Shown here one piece after another: positions 1 to 9,661 of a DNA stretch of 32,000 nucleotides. The notes beneath the pieces were generated by a model, which was given only the letters and a program-made list of their open reading frames with translations, searched no databases and had not been told where the DNA came from. The translations under genes and the position numbers were made by a program. The DNA lies in contig NZ_CP135009.1 of the NCBI RefSeq assembly GCF_039383305.1, forward strand, positions 270,001 through 302,000, written 5' to 3'. The DNA comes from Candidatus Saccharimonadota bacterium (GTDB lineage Bacteria > Pseudomonadota > Gammaproteobacteria > Enterobacterales > Enterobacteriaceae). Every line of letters begins with the position of its first letter. Within the stretch, counting starts at the first letter, position 1.

Positions 1-757
1 TTTTCACAAAGATAATTGTTGCAGAAAAATCCTCTGCTTCTAAAAAACGAATTAAAGCATCAGTTTTTCGTCCTCTAACTAACCAATAACTCTGTTTAAT
101 ATCGGGACGAGTTGTTAAATTAGATTGTATTTGAATTTCTTGAGGATTTTTCATAAATCTTCGAGAAATACGTCGAATAATATTAGGCATAGTAGCTGAA
201 AATAAAGCTGTTTGATGATTTTTAGGTATTTTAGACATAATATTTTCTACATCTTCTATAAAACCCATTCTCAACATTTCATCTGCTTCATCTAAAACTA
301 ATCCACATAAATTTGATAAATTTAATGTACCTCTCTTTAAATGATCTAATAAACGACCAGGTGTTCCTACTACAATTTGAGGACCTTTTTTTAAAGCTTT
401 TAATTGTACTTCATATCTCTGACCACCATATAATGCCAAAACTTGAATACCCGTTAAATACTTTGATAAATCAGAAAATGATAAAGAAACCTGTATAGCT
501 AATTCTCGCGTAGGAGCAAGTACTAAAATTTGAGGTACTTTACGATTAATTGATACATTATGTAATAATGGTAATGCAAATGCTGCAGTTTTTCCACTTC
601 CAGTTTGAGCCATTCCTAAAACATCTTTTCCATTTAATAATAAAGGAATACATGCCGTTTGTATAGGAGAAGGTTTTAAGTATCCTAAATCTTTTAAAGC
701 TTTTAATAAATTAATATTTAATTTAAAAGAAGAAAAAGATTGATAAATATGAGTCAT
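1..757 (-). CDS. deaD: ATP-dependent DEAD-box RNA helicase DeaD, N-terminal part (3' end cut by the window edge)
   Basis: The minus-strand ORF starts at ATG (rc of 755-757) and runs off the left edge. It translates to [63 protein letters not shown]... The Walker A (AQTGSGKT), DEAD (VLDEADEM) and SAT (LFSATM) motifs are present. The first bases of the window encode [30 protein letters not shown], collinear with E. coli DeaD. Confidence 0.93.
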   Translation of the reverse strand, partial: MTHIYQSFSSFKLNINLLKALKDLGYLKPSPIQTACIPLLLNGKDVLGMAQTGSGKTAAFALPLLHNVSINRKVPQILVLAPTRELAIQVSLSFSDLSKYLTGIQVLALYGGQRYEVQLKALKKGPQIVVGTPGRLLDHLKRGTLNLSNLCGLVLDEADEMLRMGFIEDVENIMSKIPKNHQTALFSATMPNIIRRISRRFMKNPQEIQIQSNLTTRPDIKQSYWLVRGRKTDALIRFLEAEDFSATIIFVK

Positions 758-1061
758 GAAGTTTATGAGCCTCTTTTATAACCATGGCCAGTCTACTACA
801 TAACTCACGAAGAAAATAATAATATTTTCTTCTTACAGAGTGTGAACTGGCAAAAATTAAATAAATGTAAAAAATATTTAAAAATATTTAAATTTTTTAA
901 AAAAAATATTTATAAATACTTAATATTAAATAATAAATATCATATAAAAACAATTATACAATAAAATGTAAAAGTTAGATAGTCATGATAAATTTATTAT
1001 AAATAAAATTTATAATAGTTAAAACAAAATATTTTAATCTATAAAATAATTTCAAAATTTT

Positions 1062-3146
1062 TTAAATACTTTTCATACTTAAACGTAACCGACCATGACG
1101 ATCAATTTCTAAAACTTTTACAGAAATAATTTGATTTAAACACAAGTAATCTGTAACTTTTTCTACTCTTTTATTACCAATTTGAGAAATATGTACTAAT
1201 CCTTCTTTTCCTATTCCAATGGATACAAAAGCTCCAAAATCTACAATTCGAACTACTTTTCCAACATAAATTTTTCCAATTTCAATATCTTCTGTAATTT
1301 CTTCAATTCTACGAATTGCATGTTTTGCTTTAGATTCTAAAGCAGCAGAAATTTTTACAATTCCATCATCTTTAATTTCAATAATAGTACCAGTTTCTTC
1401 TGTTAACATACGTATAACTGCTCCTCCTTTTCCAATAACATCTTTAATTTTTTCAGGATTAATTTTAATAGTGTGAATCCGTGGTGCAAATGGAGAAATT
1501 TGATGACGAGGTATTTGTATAAATTTTTCCATTGTATTTAAAATAAAAATACGAGATTCCTTAGCTTGTAATAAAACTTTTTGTAAAATTTCTAAAGAAA
1601 AATCAATAATTTTAACATCCATTTGTAATGCAGTAATACCTTTAAGATTTCCAGAAACTTTTAAATCCATATCACCAAAATAATCTTCTTCTCCTACAAT
1701 ATCAGATAAAATAAAATATTTATTTTTTTCTTTAATTAATCCCATTGCTATACCAGCTATTGCCGATTTTACAGGTACTCCTGCATCCATTAAAGATAAA
1801 GAAGCTCCACATACCGAGGCCATTGAAGAAGAACCATTAGATTCTGTAATTTCTGAAACAACTCGCACAGTATAAGGAAATTTATCTATTGTAGGCATAA
1901 TAGCTAATAAACTGCGTTTTGCTAATTTTCCATGACCTATTTCTCGACGTTTTGGAGAACTAATAATCCCTATTTCTCCGACTGAATAAGGAGGAAAATT
2001 ATAATGAAATAAAAAATTTTCTATCCGATCCCCTAAAAGTTCATCTAAATTTTGAGCATCTCTTGAAGTACCTAATGTTGTAGAAACTAATGCTTGAGTA
2101 TCTCCACGTGTAAATAATGCAGATCCATGTACTCGAGATAATATTCCAGTTTTAATATCTATAGTACGTATTTTTTTAAATGTTCTCCCATCTATTCTTC
2201 TTTTTTCATTTAAAATTTTTTTTCTAAAAATTTTTTTTTCTAAAATAAATAAACATTCTTCTATTTCAGAAATTTCAACATCTTTAAAATGTTCTAAACA
2301 ATATTCTATTAAATTTTCTTTAATTTCTTGTAGTTTCTCTTCTCTCTTAATTTTTGAGATTATACAATATGCATTTTGAATAGATTTTTTGAAAAACTTT
2401 AAAATAAATACATATAAATTACGATTAAAAGGAATCACTATGTTAACAAATTTTTTTTTAATTGAAATAATTTTTTTAGAAAAAATTTTAATATTATCAA
2501 TTAATAATTTTTGCTGTTCATGTCCAAATGAAATTGCTTTTAAAATTTTCTCTTCAGATAGAATTTTTGCTTCTGCTTCTACCATTAAAATAGTATTTTT
2601 AGTTCCAGAAATTATAAGATCTAAAGAACTATTTTTCATAATTTCTATATTTGGATTTAATAAAAATTTATTAGCAACATACCCTACACGCGCTACACCA
2701 ATAGGACCTAAAAAAGGAATATTAGCAATATTTAAAGCAGCAGAAGTACCTATTAAAGAAATAATGTCTGGATTAATTTGAGGATTTAATGAAATTACTG
2801 TAATAACAATTTGTATTTCAAACAATAATCCCTTAGGAAATAATGGGCGTAACGGACGATCTATTAAACGTGCAATTAAAATTTCATTTTCACTTGGGCG
2901 CCCTTCTCGACGAAAAAATCCCCCAGGAATTCTACCCGCCGCATATGTTCGTTCTTGATAATTAATAGTTAAAGGAAAAAATTTTTGAGAATGTTGAGTA
3001 ATCTTTTTACATACTACTGTAACTAAAACAGTAGTATCATCCATACTAGCAAGAATGGAAGTAGTGGCTTGACGTGCTATTACTCCTGTTTCTAAAGTAA
3101 TAATATTATTACCATATAAAAATTTATGTACAATTGGGTTTAACAA
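1062..3146 (-). CDS. pnp: polynucleotide phosphorylase (PNPase)
   Basis: The 694-aa ORF begins [44 protein letters not shown]...[31 protein letters not shown], nearly collinear with E. coli PNPase. KH/S1-like C-terminal domains are present. The start codon is TTG (rc of 3144-3146), as in E. coli pnp. An AAAGGA Shine-Dalgarno lies 7 nt upstream. Confidence 0.97.
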   Translation of the reverse strand: MLNPIVHKFLYGNNIITLETGVIARQATTSILASMDDTTVLVTVVCKKITQHSQKFFPLTINYQERTYAAGRIPGGFFRREGRPSENEILIARLIDRPLRPLFPKGLLFEIQIVITVISLNPQINPDIISLIGTSAALNIANIPFLGPIGVARVGYVANKFLLNPNIEIMKNSSLDLIISGTKNTILMVEAEAKILSEEKILKAISFGHEQQKLLIDNIKIFSKKIISIKKKFVNIVIPFNRNLYVFILKFFKKSIQNAYCIISKIKREEKLQEIKENLIEYCLEHFKDVEISEIEECLFILEKKIFRKKILNEKRRIDGRTFKKIRTIDIKTGILSRVHGSALFTRGDTQALVSTTLGTSRDAQNLDELLGDRIENFLFHYNFPPYSVGEIGIISSPKRREIGHGKLAKRSLLAIMPTIDKFPYTVRVVSEITESNGSSSMASVCGASLSLMDAGVPVKSAIAGIAMGLIKEKNKYFILSDIVGEEDYFGDMDLKVSGNLKGITALQMDVKIIDFSLEILQKVLLQAKESRIFILNTMEKFIQIPRHQISPFAPRIHTIKINPEKIKDVIGKGGAVIRMLTEETGTIIEIKDDGIVKISAALESKAKHAIRRIEEITEDIEIGKIYVGKVVRIVDFGAFVSIGIGKEGLVHISQIGNKRVEKVTDYLCLNQIISVKVLEIDRHGRLRLSMKSI

Positions 3147-3267
3147 AATTAGATCCTTTCTACAAAATAAAAAAAATTTAAATAAATTTTATAAAATATT
3201 TTTATATATAAATTATAAAAATTTAATCAAATATCATATAAATACTTAAAAACTATTAAATTTTTTT

Positions 3268-3308
3268 ATAAAGAAAATAATAAGAAAAGAGCACAAAAGC
3301 CCTTTTCT
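3268..3308 (-). terminator. intrinsic terminator hairpin downstream of rpsO
   Basis: On the minus strand, AGAAAAGGGC-TTTTGT-GCTCTTTTCT (3308->3283) forms a 10-bp stem including one G.U pair. It is followed by the U-rich tail TATTATTTTCTTTAT and lies about 38 nt after the rpsO stop. It is one of the few G/C-containing patches in this spacer. E. coli rpsO also ends in a hairpin terminator upstream of the pnp leader. Confidence 0.6.
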
Positions 3309-3345
3309 AAAAAAATATTCTTAAAAAAAAATTTTAAAAAATTTT

Positions 3346-3576
3346 TTAATGCCGTAATCCTAAAACTTTTATTAAACTTAAATATTTTATACGATCTTTA
3401 TATTTAATATAATTTAATAATTTTCGACGTTTTGAAACCATTTTCAATAAACCTCGACGACTACTATGATCTTTTTTATGTACTAAAAAATGTGACTGTA
3501 AAAAATTAATTTTTTTAGTTAATAAAGAAATTTGAAAATTTGAAGATCCGCTATTGTTTTTCATTTTTTTTTTCAT
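3346..3576 (-). CDS. rpsO: 30S ribosomal protein S15 (N-terminally short)
   Basis: The 76-aa ORF reads ...[60 protein letters not shown]. It aligns with E. coli S15 from about residue 18 to the C-terminus (HKKDHHSRRGLL.MVS.RRKLL.Y). Position between truB and pnp is conserved. A second in-frame ATG lies at 3564-3562. Confidence 0.93.
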   Translation of the reverse strand: MKKKMKNNSGSSNFQISLLTKKINFLQSHFLVHKKDHSSRRGLLKMVSKRRKLLNYIKYKDRIKYLSLIKVLGLRH

Positions 3577-3676
3577 AAAAAAATAACCTATAATTTTTTA
3601 AAAATATTAATTTTACTTTAAAATTATATTTTTTTGTAAAAAAACAACATATATATTGAAAATTTTTTTCTAAAAA

Positions 3677-4612
3677 TTAAATATCAGAAATTATTTGATC
3701 CATAAATAAATAATTTTTTGAATTAATTTTACCCATTCCTACAAATTTTTGAGTATTTTCTTGAAAAATTTGAATAAATCCTAAATATTTTTTTTTTTTT
3801 AAAAATATAGATTTTCCATTTTTTAAAAAAAAAATATCTTTCTTTATTAAAAATATTTTAGGATATACGTTTACTAATGAAGTTAAAGGTAATAAAAATT
3901 CTCTTATATTTATAAAAAAATTTGTTTTTTTTTGAAACCTTTGATTATGTTTTTTTTTATATATTTGAGATAAAGTTATTAAATTTGAAATATTATATGG
4001 ACCTATAGATATTCTACGTAAAAATACAACATGAGCTCCACATCCTAAACATTCTCCTATATCTTCTATTAAACTACGAATATAAGTACCTTTAGAACAT
4101 ACAACTTTTAATTCTAAAAAACCATATAAATATTGTATACAGATTAATTGATAAATTTTTAATATACGTTTCTTTCTAGGAACTATTATTCCTTGACGAG
4201 CATATTTATATAATGGTATACCTTTAAATTTAATTGCAGAATACATAGAAGGAATTTGATGTATAATACCATGAAATTTTTTCAAAATTTGTATAATTTT
4301 TTCAAATTTAATATCTACTATCTCTTTTTTTAAAATAATACCTGAAATATCTCCTGTAATAGTTTTTTGTCCTAATTGTGCAATCACATGATAAGTTTTT
4401 TTCATTTCTAATAAATATTTTGAAAACTTAGTTGCTTTACCAAAACAAATTGGTAACATACCAGTAGCTAAAGGATCTAAAGAACCAATATATCCTGCTT
4501 TTTTTACTGAAAAAAGATATTTAATATGTTGTAAAAAATTATTAGAAGATAAACCTTTAGGTTTATCTAATAATAACATACCATTAATCTCAATATATTT
4601 TTTAGACTTCAT
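3677..4612 (-). CDS. truB: tRNA pseudouridine-55 synthase TruB
   Basis: The 311-aa ORF contains LLLDKPKGLSSNNFLQHIK...KKAGYIGSLDPLATGMLPICFGKATKFSKYLL, which carries the catalytic Asp motif and matches E. coli TruB. Position in the rbfA-truB-rpsO order is conserved. Confidence 0.96.
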   Translation of the reverse strand: MKSKKYIEINGMLLLDKPKGLSSNNFLQHIKYLFSVKKAGYIGSLDPLATGMLPICFGKATKFSKYLLEMKKTYHVIAQLGQKTITGDISGIILKKEIVDIKFEKIIQILKKFHGIIHQIPSMYSAIKFKGIPLYKYARQGIIVPRKKRILKIYQLICIQYLYGFLELKVVCSKGTYIRSLIEDIGECLGCGAHVVFLRRISIGPYNISNLITLSQIYKKKHNQRFQKKTNFFINIREFLLPLTSLVNVYPKIFLIKKDIFFLKNGKSIFLKKKKYLGFIQIFQENTQKFVGMGKINSKNYLFMDQIISDI

Positions 4613-4639
4613 TAATAAACCTTTTTTTTTAAAAAAATA

Positions 4640-4993
4640 TTATTTTTTTTTCTTTAATATTAAAGAAATTCTAGATCCTTCTAAAAAAGAAGAATCATTT
4701 AAAAAAAAAAGTTTTGGAAAAATACGTAAAGATATTCTTTTACCTAATAAAATTCCAATAAAATGTGCAGCATTTTGTAAAATTTTTAAATATCGAACAA
4801 TTTTATCCTTAGTTTTTAAAGACCAAAAAATTATAAAAACTTTACTATAACTTAAATCATGAGATACTTTAACATGTGTAATAGTAAATTTCTGAAATAA
4901 ACGAGGATCCCGTAAATCATAATAAAATATATTTGACAATTCTTTCTGAAAATAACAAGATAATTTCTTTAGACGATAAAATTTTTTTAACAT
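4640..4993 (-). CDS. rbfA: ribosome-binding factor A
   Basis: The 117-aa ORF has QKELSNIFYYDLRDPRL...THVKVSHDLSYSKVFI, which resembles E. coli RbfA (QKEIALILQREIKDPRLG...VEMSRDLAYAKVYV). Position between infB and truB is conserved. Confidence 0.9.
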   Translation of the reverse strand: MLKKFYRLKKLSCYFQKELSNIFYYDLRDPRLFQKFTITHVKVSHDLSYSKVFIIFWSLKTKDKIVRYLKILQNAAHFIGILLGKRISLRIFPKLFFLNDSSFLEGSRISLILKKKK

Positions 4994-5056
4994 AAAATAT
5001 CCCTAAAATATTTTTTTAAAAAATAAATAAAATTTGTTTTTTGTTTTAAAAAGATT

Positions 5057-7135
5057 TTAAGAAAAAATTTTAAATACTTCTATTTGATCTCTAATTTGAA
5101 TTTTATGATAATTTTTAATACCAATTCCACATTCTATATTAGTTCTCACTTCTATAACATCTTCTTTAAAACGACGTAAAGACTCTAAATATCCTTCATA
5201 AATAACAATATTATCTCTTAAAATACGTATAGGATTTGTTTTTTTTACAACACCTTGAAGAACTATACATCCAGCTATTAAACCAAATTTAGGAGATTTA
5301 AAAATACTTCGAACTTCAGCTAATCCTATAATTTTTTGTTTTTTAAGAGGTTTTAATAAACCCTTTAAACATAATTTTATATCATCTATTAAATTATAAA
5401 TAATAGAATAATATCTTAAATCTAATTTTTCTGAATCTATTAAACGTTTTGCTGAAATATCTGCTCGTACATTAAATCCTAATAAAATAGAATGAGACGT
5501 CATACATAAAGAAGCATCAGTTTCTGTAATAGCTCCTACTCCAGAAGATATTATATTAAGTGTAAAATAAGAATTTGATAATCCTATTAAAGAATCTAAA
5601 ATTGCTTCTAAAGAACCATGAGTATCTGTTTTTAAAATAATATTTAATGTTGTATTAACATCTTTTTTAATATTTTTAAATAAATTTTCTATATTTTTAC
5701 GCTTGACATTTAAAAATCTTTCTTCACGATCCTTAAATCTACGATATAAAGCAACATTACGCGCTTTTTTTTCATTTTTAACAATTAAAAAAACATCTCC
5801 AGTTTTTGGTAATCCTGAAAATCCATATATTATTATAGGCATTGATGGTCCGGCTTTTAAAATTTCTTTTCGATTTTCATCTTGTATGACTCGAATCTTA
5901 CCATATTCAAATCCACAAATAAAAACATCATTTTTTTGTAAACATCCTTCAGTAACTATTAAAGATGCAGCAGGACCGTATCCTTTGTCTAAAAAAGATT
6001 CTAAAATTACCCCAGAAGCCATTCCTGTATGAGAAACCTTTAATTCTAAAATTTCAGCCTGTAAGTAAATAGCTTGTAATAAATCTGAAATACCAACTCC
6101 AGTTTTAGCTGACAAATTAACAAAAATATTATTTCCACCAAAATCTTCTGAAACAATCGAATATTTTAATAAATCTTTTTTAATTTTTTTAATATTACTT
6201 TCTATTTTATCAATTTTATTAATAGCAACAATAACTGGAACATTAAAAAATTTAGAATGTTTAATAGCTTCAATAGTTTGAGGCATAACTCCATCATCAG
6301 CAGCTACTACTAATATAATAATATCAGTAAGCTTAGCACCTCGAGCTCTCATAGCAGTAAACGCTGCATGTCCAGGAGTATCTATAAATGTAATATTTCC
6401 ATTTTTTGTTTTTAATAAATAAGCCCCAATATGTTGAGTAATTCCTCCAAATTCTTTTTTAACTAAATTTGTAGTACGAATTTTATCCAATAATGAAGTT
6501 TTTCCATGATCTACATGCCCCATAATAGTAATAATAGGAGAGCGTTCTTGAAGATTTTTTTTCAATATAAAATCACGCTCTTTTAATAATGATAATTCTA
6601 ATTTATTATCTGCATGTAATATTACTTTATATCCCATTTCTTCTGCTATTAACTGTGCAGTTTCTTGATCTAAAACATTTTTAATGGAATTATTAAGACC
6701 TATTTTCTTTATAGTCTTTAAAACCTTTTCTTTTTTAATAGACATTTTATCTGCTAGATCAGAGATAGTAATAAAAAATCCTATATTTACAATTTTATTA
6801 ATATTTTTTATAGGTTTTTTAAAAACTTGTCTCAAAGCCGAATGTACTAAAAAACAATTTTTTATTTTACGATTAATCTGAATATTTTTTTTTTCTTGTT
6901 GAGATAAATATTTTTTTTCGTTTTTTTTAAAATATTTACGAAATTTAATATTCTTTAAGTTTTTTTGAATACTTTGACGCTTAATAACAATATTTTTATT
7001 TTTCTTCTTTGCACTATTAATATTTACAGATTTTTTTTTAAAAAATTCTGTTTTACTTTTAACACCTAAAAATTTGTGATTTTTTTTTTCTTTAATTACT
7101 GAACTTCTATCAGATTTTTTATCTTTTAACGCCAC
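5057..7135 (-). CDS. infB: translation initiation factor IF-2 (N-terminal region much shorter than E. coli)
   Basis: The 692-aa ORF carries the G-domain motifs [22 protein letters not shown] and NKIDK. The C-terminus ([20 protein letters not shown]...[22 protein letters not shown]) is collinear with E. coli IF2. The only canonical start upstream of the conserved region is GTG (rc of 7133-7135), with AAGGAA 5 nt upstream. Confidence 0.95.
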   Translation of the reverse strand: MALKDKKSDRSSVIKEKKNHKFLGVKSKTEFFKKKSVNINSAKKKNKNIVIKRQSIQKNLKNIKFRKYFKKNEKKYLSQQEKKNIQINRKIKNCFLVHSALRQVFKKPIKNINKIVNIGFFITISDLADKMSIKKEKVLKTIKKIGLNNSIKNVLDQETAQLIAEEMGYKVILHADNKLELSLLKERDFILKKNLQERSPIITIMGHVDHGKTSLLDKIRTTNLVKKEFGGITQHIGAYLLKTKNGNITFIDTPGHAAFTAMRARGAKLTDIIILVVAADDGVMPQTIEAIKHSKFFNVPVIVAINKIDKIESNIKKIKKDLLKYSIVSEDFGGNNIFVNLSAKTGVGISDLLQAIYLQAEILELKVSHTGMASGVILESFLDKGYGPAASLIVTEGCLQKNDVFICGFEYGKIRVIQDENRKEILKAGPSMPIIIYGFSGLPKTGDVFLIVKNEKKARNVALYRRFKDREERFLNVKRKNIENLFKNIKKDVNTTLNIILKTDTHGSLEAILDSLIGLSNSYFTLNIISSGVGAITETDASLCMTSHSILLGFNVRADISAKRLIDSEKLDLRYYSIIYNLIDDIKLCLKGLLKPLKKQKIIGLAEVRSIFKSPKFGLIAGCIVLQGVVKKTNPIRILRDNIVIYEGYLESLRRFKEDVIEVRTNIECGIGIKNYHKIQIRDQIEVFKIFS

Positions 7136-7452
7136 AAAATTTCCTTAATATAAAAAAACTATTTTTTAAAAAAAATTATTTAATAATACAAATCACATTA
7201 TTAAAATTTTAATCACTTATGGTACAAAAAAATATATAAAATAAAAATTTCTAATATACAAAAAATATAATTTTATGATATAATTTTATAATTATAAATA
7301 TATAATTAATTTTTAACAATTTTAAATATTAAATTTATATAAATTTTTTATATAATATAAATATTTTAAAAATAAATAAAATTTTTATAATTTTTTATTA
7401 TTTTTTTTTTAAAAAAAAAATAAAAAATATAAAATTTAAAAATTTTATAAAA

Positions 7453-8922
7453 CTAATAAATTTTACGTGCTTGAGTAATTAAATCATTAGCTTGAATAAG
7501 ATTTAAATTTGGTATATTTTTTAAATCTTCAATACATAAATTTGATAATTGTTTAATTGTATAAATTTTTTTATTAATTAATTGAATAGCAATTAAATTA
7601 TTCATACCTTTTAATTTTAAAAAATTTTTTAAAAATTTCTCTGCGTTTAACATTTTTATTTTTTCATTATTATTTTTTAATAAAAAATTTTTTGCTTTAA
7701 TTTGTAATTTTAACAATATATCTTTTGAAATTTCTGGTATTAAAGAAAATTGAAAAATATCTATTTTTGATAATATTTCAAGAGAAAAAATACCAAATTT
7801 TATTAAAATATTAATTAAATCTGTATTTAAATTTAAGACTTTTTTAAAAATTTTAATAATATTTTTATATGGTATATGATCTAAATTTTTCAAATCTTCA
7901 ATTGTCATTATGTTAAATTCCCAACCTGTTAATTGTGAAGCTAAACGTACATTTTGACCATTTCTACCAATAGCTTGAGCTAAATTTATTGTTTCTACTG
8001 CAATATTCACAATATTTTTTTCCGGATTAAAAATTAAAGAAGTAACAGTCGCCGGAGACATAGAATTTATCACAAATTTTGAAAAATCCTGATCCCATAA
8101 AATAATATCTATTCTTTCACCATATAATTCATTAGAAATAGATTGAACTCTCGCTCCACGAATTCCCACACACGCACCGACCGGATCTATATTTTTATCT
8201 TTAGTTTGTACAGCAACTTTAGAACGAAATCCAGGATCTCGAGCTATAGATTTAATTTCTATTAAAGATTCTCCAATTTCTGGAACTTCAATTCTTAATA
8301 ATTCTATAAGCATTTCTATTTTAGTACGACTAATAAACAATTGTGATTTATATGTGTCTGTGATTATTTTATATAAAATACCACGAATTCGATCCCCTAT
8401 TCTAAAATTTTCTCTTGGTAACATTTCTTCTTTTAATAGTATTCCGTCAAGATCTTTTCCTAAATCTAATATTATATGATCTCTAGTAATTTTTCTAACA
8501 ATACCACGAATAATTGTACCTCTTTTTTTTCTAAATTTTTCTACTAACATAGATCTTTCAGCTTCTCGTACTTTACGAACAATCACCTGTTTAGCTATTT
8601 GAGTAGCTATACGATCAAATTTTATAGAAGAAATACAATCTTCTATATATTCATTAATTTTAATACATTTATTTTCAAATTTAGCTGCTTCTAAAGTAAT
8701 TTCTTTAGTAGGATAACTTACATTATATACTACTAACCAACGACGATAAGTTTTAAAAGTACCTTTTTTACGATTAATATGTATTCTAATTTCAATATCC
8801 TTATTATATTTTTTTTTTGTTGCCATTTCTAATGCTTTTTCTAAAGCATCAAAAATTTTTTCTCGTGGAAGAGATTTTTCATTAGCAACTAACTCTACTA
8901 CAGTTAAAATTTCTTTTTTCAT
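7453..8922 (-). CDS. nusA: transcription termination/antitermination factor NusA
   Basis: The ORF reads [39 protein letters not shown]..., matching the E. coli NusA N-terminus. The S1/KH region is conserved. The ORF track starts two codons earlier, at 8928. AAGGA sits 8 nt before the 8922 ATG and only 2 nt before the 8928 ATG, so 8922 is preferred. Confidence 0.95.
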   Translation of the reverse strand: MKKEILTVVELVANEKSLPREKIFDALEKALEMATKKKYNKDIEIRIHINRKKGTFKTYRRWLVVYNVSYPTKEITLEAAKFENKCIKINEYIEDCISSIKFDRIATQIAKQVIVRKVREAERSMLVEKFRKKRGTIIRGIVRKITRDHIILDLGKDLDGILLKEEMLPRENFRIGDRIRGILYKIITDTYKSQLFISRTKIEMLIELLRIEVPEIGESLIEIKSIARDPGFRSKVAVQTKDKNIDPVGACVGIRGARVQSISNELYGERIDIILWDQDFSKFVINSMSPATVTSLIFNPEKNIVNIAVETINLAQAIGRNGQNVRLASQLTGWEFNIMTIEDLKNLDHIPYKNIIKIFKKVLNLNTDLINILIKFGIFSLEILSKIDIFQFSLIPEISKDILLKLQIKAKNFLLKNNNEKIKMLNAEKFLKNFLKLKGMNNLIAIQLINKKIYTIKQLSNLCIEDLKNIPNLNLIQANDLITQARKIY

Positions 8923-9007
8923 GCCCATTATCCTTAATACAGACGATGTATTTTAAAAAATTTTATTAAGATTTTATTTTTTTTTAAAAAAAAAATATAA
9001 AAAAAAT

Positions 9008-9098
9008 TACTGAAGGCGGGATTCGAACCCGCATATTTATATTTTTTAAAAATGCTATCTCCTCAAGATAGTGTGTTTACCAATTTCACCACTTCAGT
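9008..9098 (-). tRNA. leuU: tRNA-Leu (anticodon GAG), class II with an unusually long A/U variable region
   Basis: The minus strand reads ACTGAAG-TG-GTGA-AATTGGTAA-ACAC-A-CTATC-TTGAGGA-GATAG-(22 nt variable)-GCGGG-TTCGAAT-CCCGC-CTTCAGT-A. The acceptor is a perfect 7 bp, the T arm is GCGGG/CCCGC, and the anticodon loop shows GAG. It lies immediately downstream of secG, as E. coli leuU does. No CCA is encoded. Confidence 0.9.
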
Positions 9099-9160
9099 AT
9101 TTTATGTTTTAATTTAAAAAAAAATCTAATTTATCTTAAAAATTATATATTTTTTTATAT

Positions 9161-9391
9161 TTATATTAAAAAATTTAAATTACATAACATTAAACATAAA
9201 ACAAAAAATAAAATAGCTAATATAAAAGTAATTTTTTTAATAGTATTTTCACTTACAAATTTACTTAAAATAGGATGCGAAACTTCCCAAATATTTGCAA
9301 TTGATTCTGAACCTTCTGTAGGTTGTATTAAAATTAAAAAAATTAAAAATAAAGCAATAAAAAAAAAAAAAGATGTAAAGAAAGAAAACAT
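9161..9391 (-). CDS. secG: preprotein translocase subunit SecG (short form)
   Basis: The 76-aa ORF is very hydrophobic with two predicted membrane-spanning segments. LILIQPTEGSE resembles E. coli SecG IMLQQGKGADMG. The C-terminal helix ILAILFFVLCLMLCNL resembles LLATLFFIISLVLGNI. It sits between ftsH and tRNA-Leu(GAG), as in E. coli secG-leuU. AAGGAA lies 9 nt upstream of the ATG. Confidence 0.8.
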   Translation of the reverse strand: MFSFFTSFFFFIALFLIFLILIQPTEGSESIANIWEVSHPILSKFVSENTIKKITFILAILFFVLCLMLCNLNFLI

Positions 9392-9543
9392 ACAAAAAAT
9401 TTCCTTATGTTTTTTAAAAAAATAATATAATTTTAAAATATATAAAAATTTATAAAAATATTATATATCTAAAATCTAAAAAATTTTATTCTATAAAAAA
9501 AATAATTTATATTTTTAAAATATATTTCTAAAAGATTTTTTTT

Positions 9544-9576
9544 AAAAAAAAATGCCTATCTCATGAAATGAGATAG
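9544..9576 (-). terminator. intrinsic terminator downstream of ftsH
   Basis: A perfect 9-bp hairpin, CTATCTCAT-(3 nt)-ATGAGATAG, spans 9556-9576. On the minus strand it is followed by GC then T9 (the + strand A-run 9544-9552). It lies about 85 nt after the ftsH stop. Confidence 0.65.
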
Positions 9577-9661
9577 ACAAAAGATATTGCTTAATAATAT
9601 ATTAAGATTTTTAATTTTAAATAATATAATTTTTCAAAATTTTTAAAGTTTTTTTAAATAA

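Noticed and set aside
313-498. ORF-track ORFs lying antisense to recognised genes: 313-498 (in deaD), 2389-2781 (in pnp), 5703-6032 and 6684-6881 (in infB), 20408-20611 (in trmD/rplS) and 29957-30346 (in glnS).
   Set aside because: Each lies wholly inside, and opposite to, a strongly supported conserved gene. They have no Shine-Dalgarno or recognisable motifs. Their composition is the low-complexity Phe/Ile/Lys/Leu expected from translating the complement of A-rich codons.
871-890. The tandem 10-mer AAAATATTTA x2, and other short A/T repeats, considered as a CRISPR array, an iteron or a mobile-element end.
   Set aside because: These are low-complexity A/T with only two copies. There are no spacer-repeat periodicity, no flanking cas or transposase genes and no terminal inverted repeats. 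They are consistent with slippage in A/T-rich DNA.
3147-3282. The RNase III-processed autoregulatory hairpin of the pnp leader known from E. coli.
   Set aside because: The leader here is essentially all A/T. Only imperfect A-U inverted repeats (around 3185-3235) can be drawn, and these cannot be distinguished from chance without comparative data.
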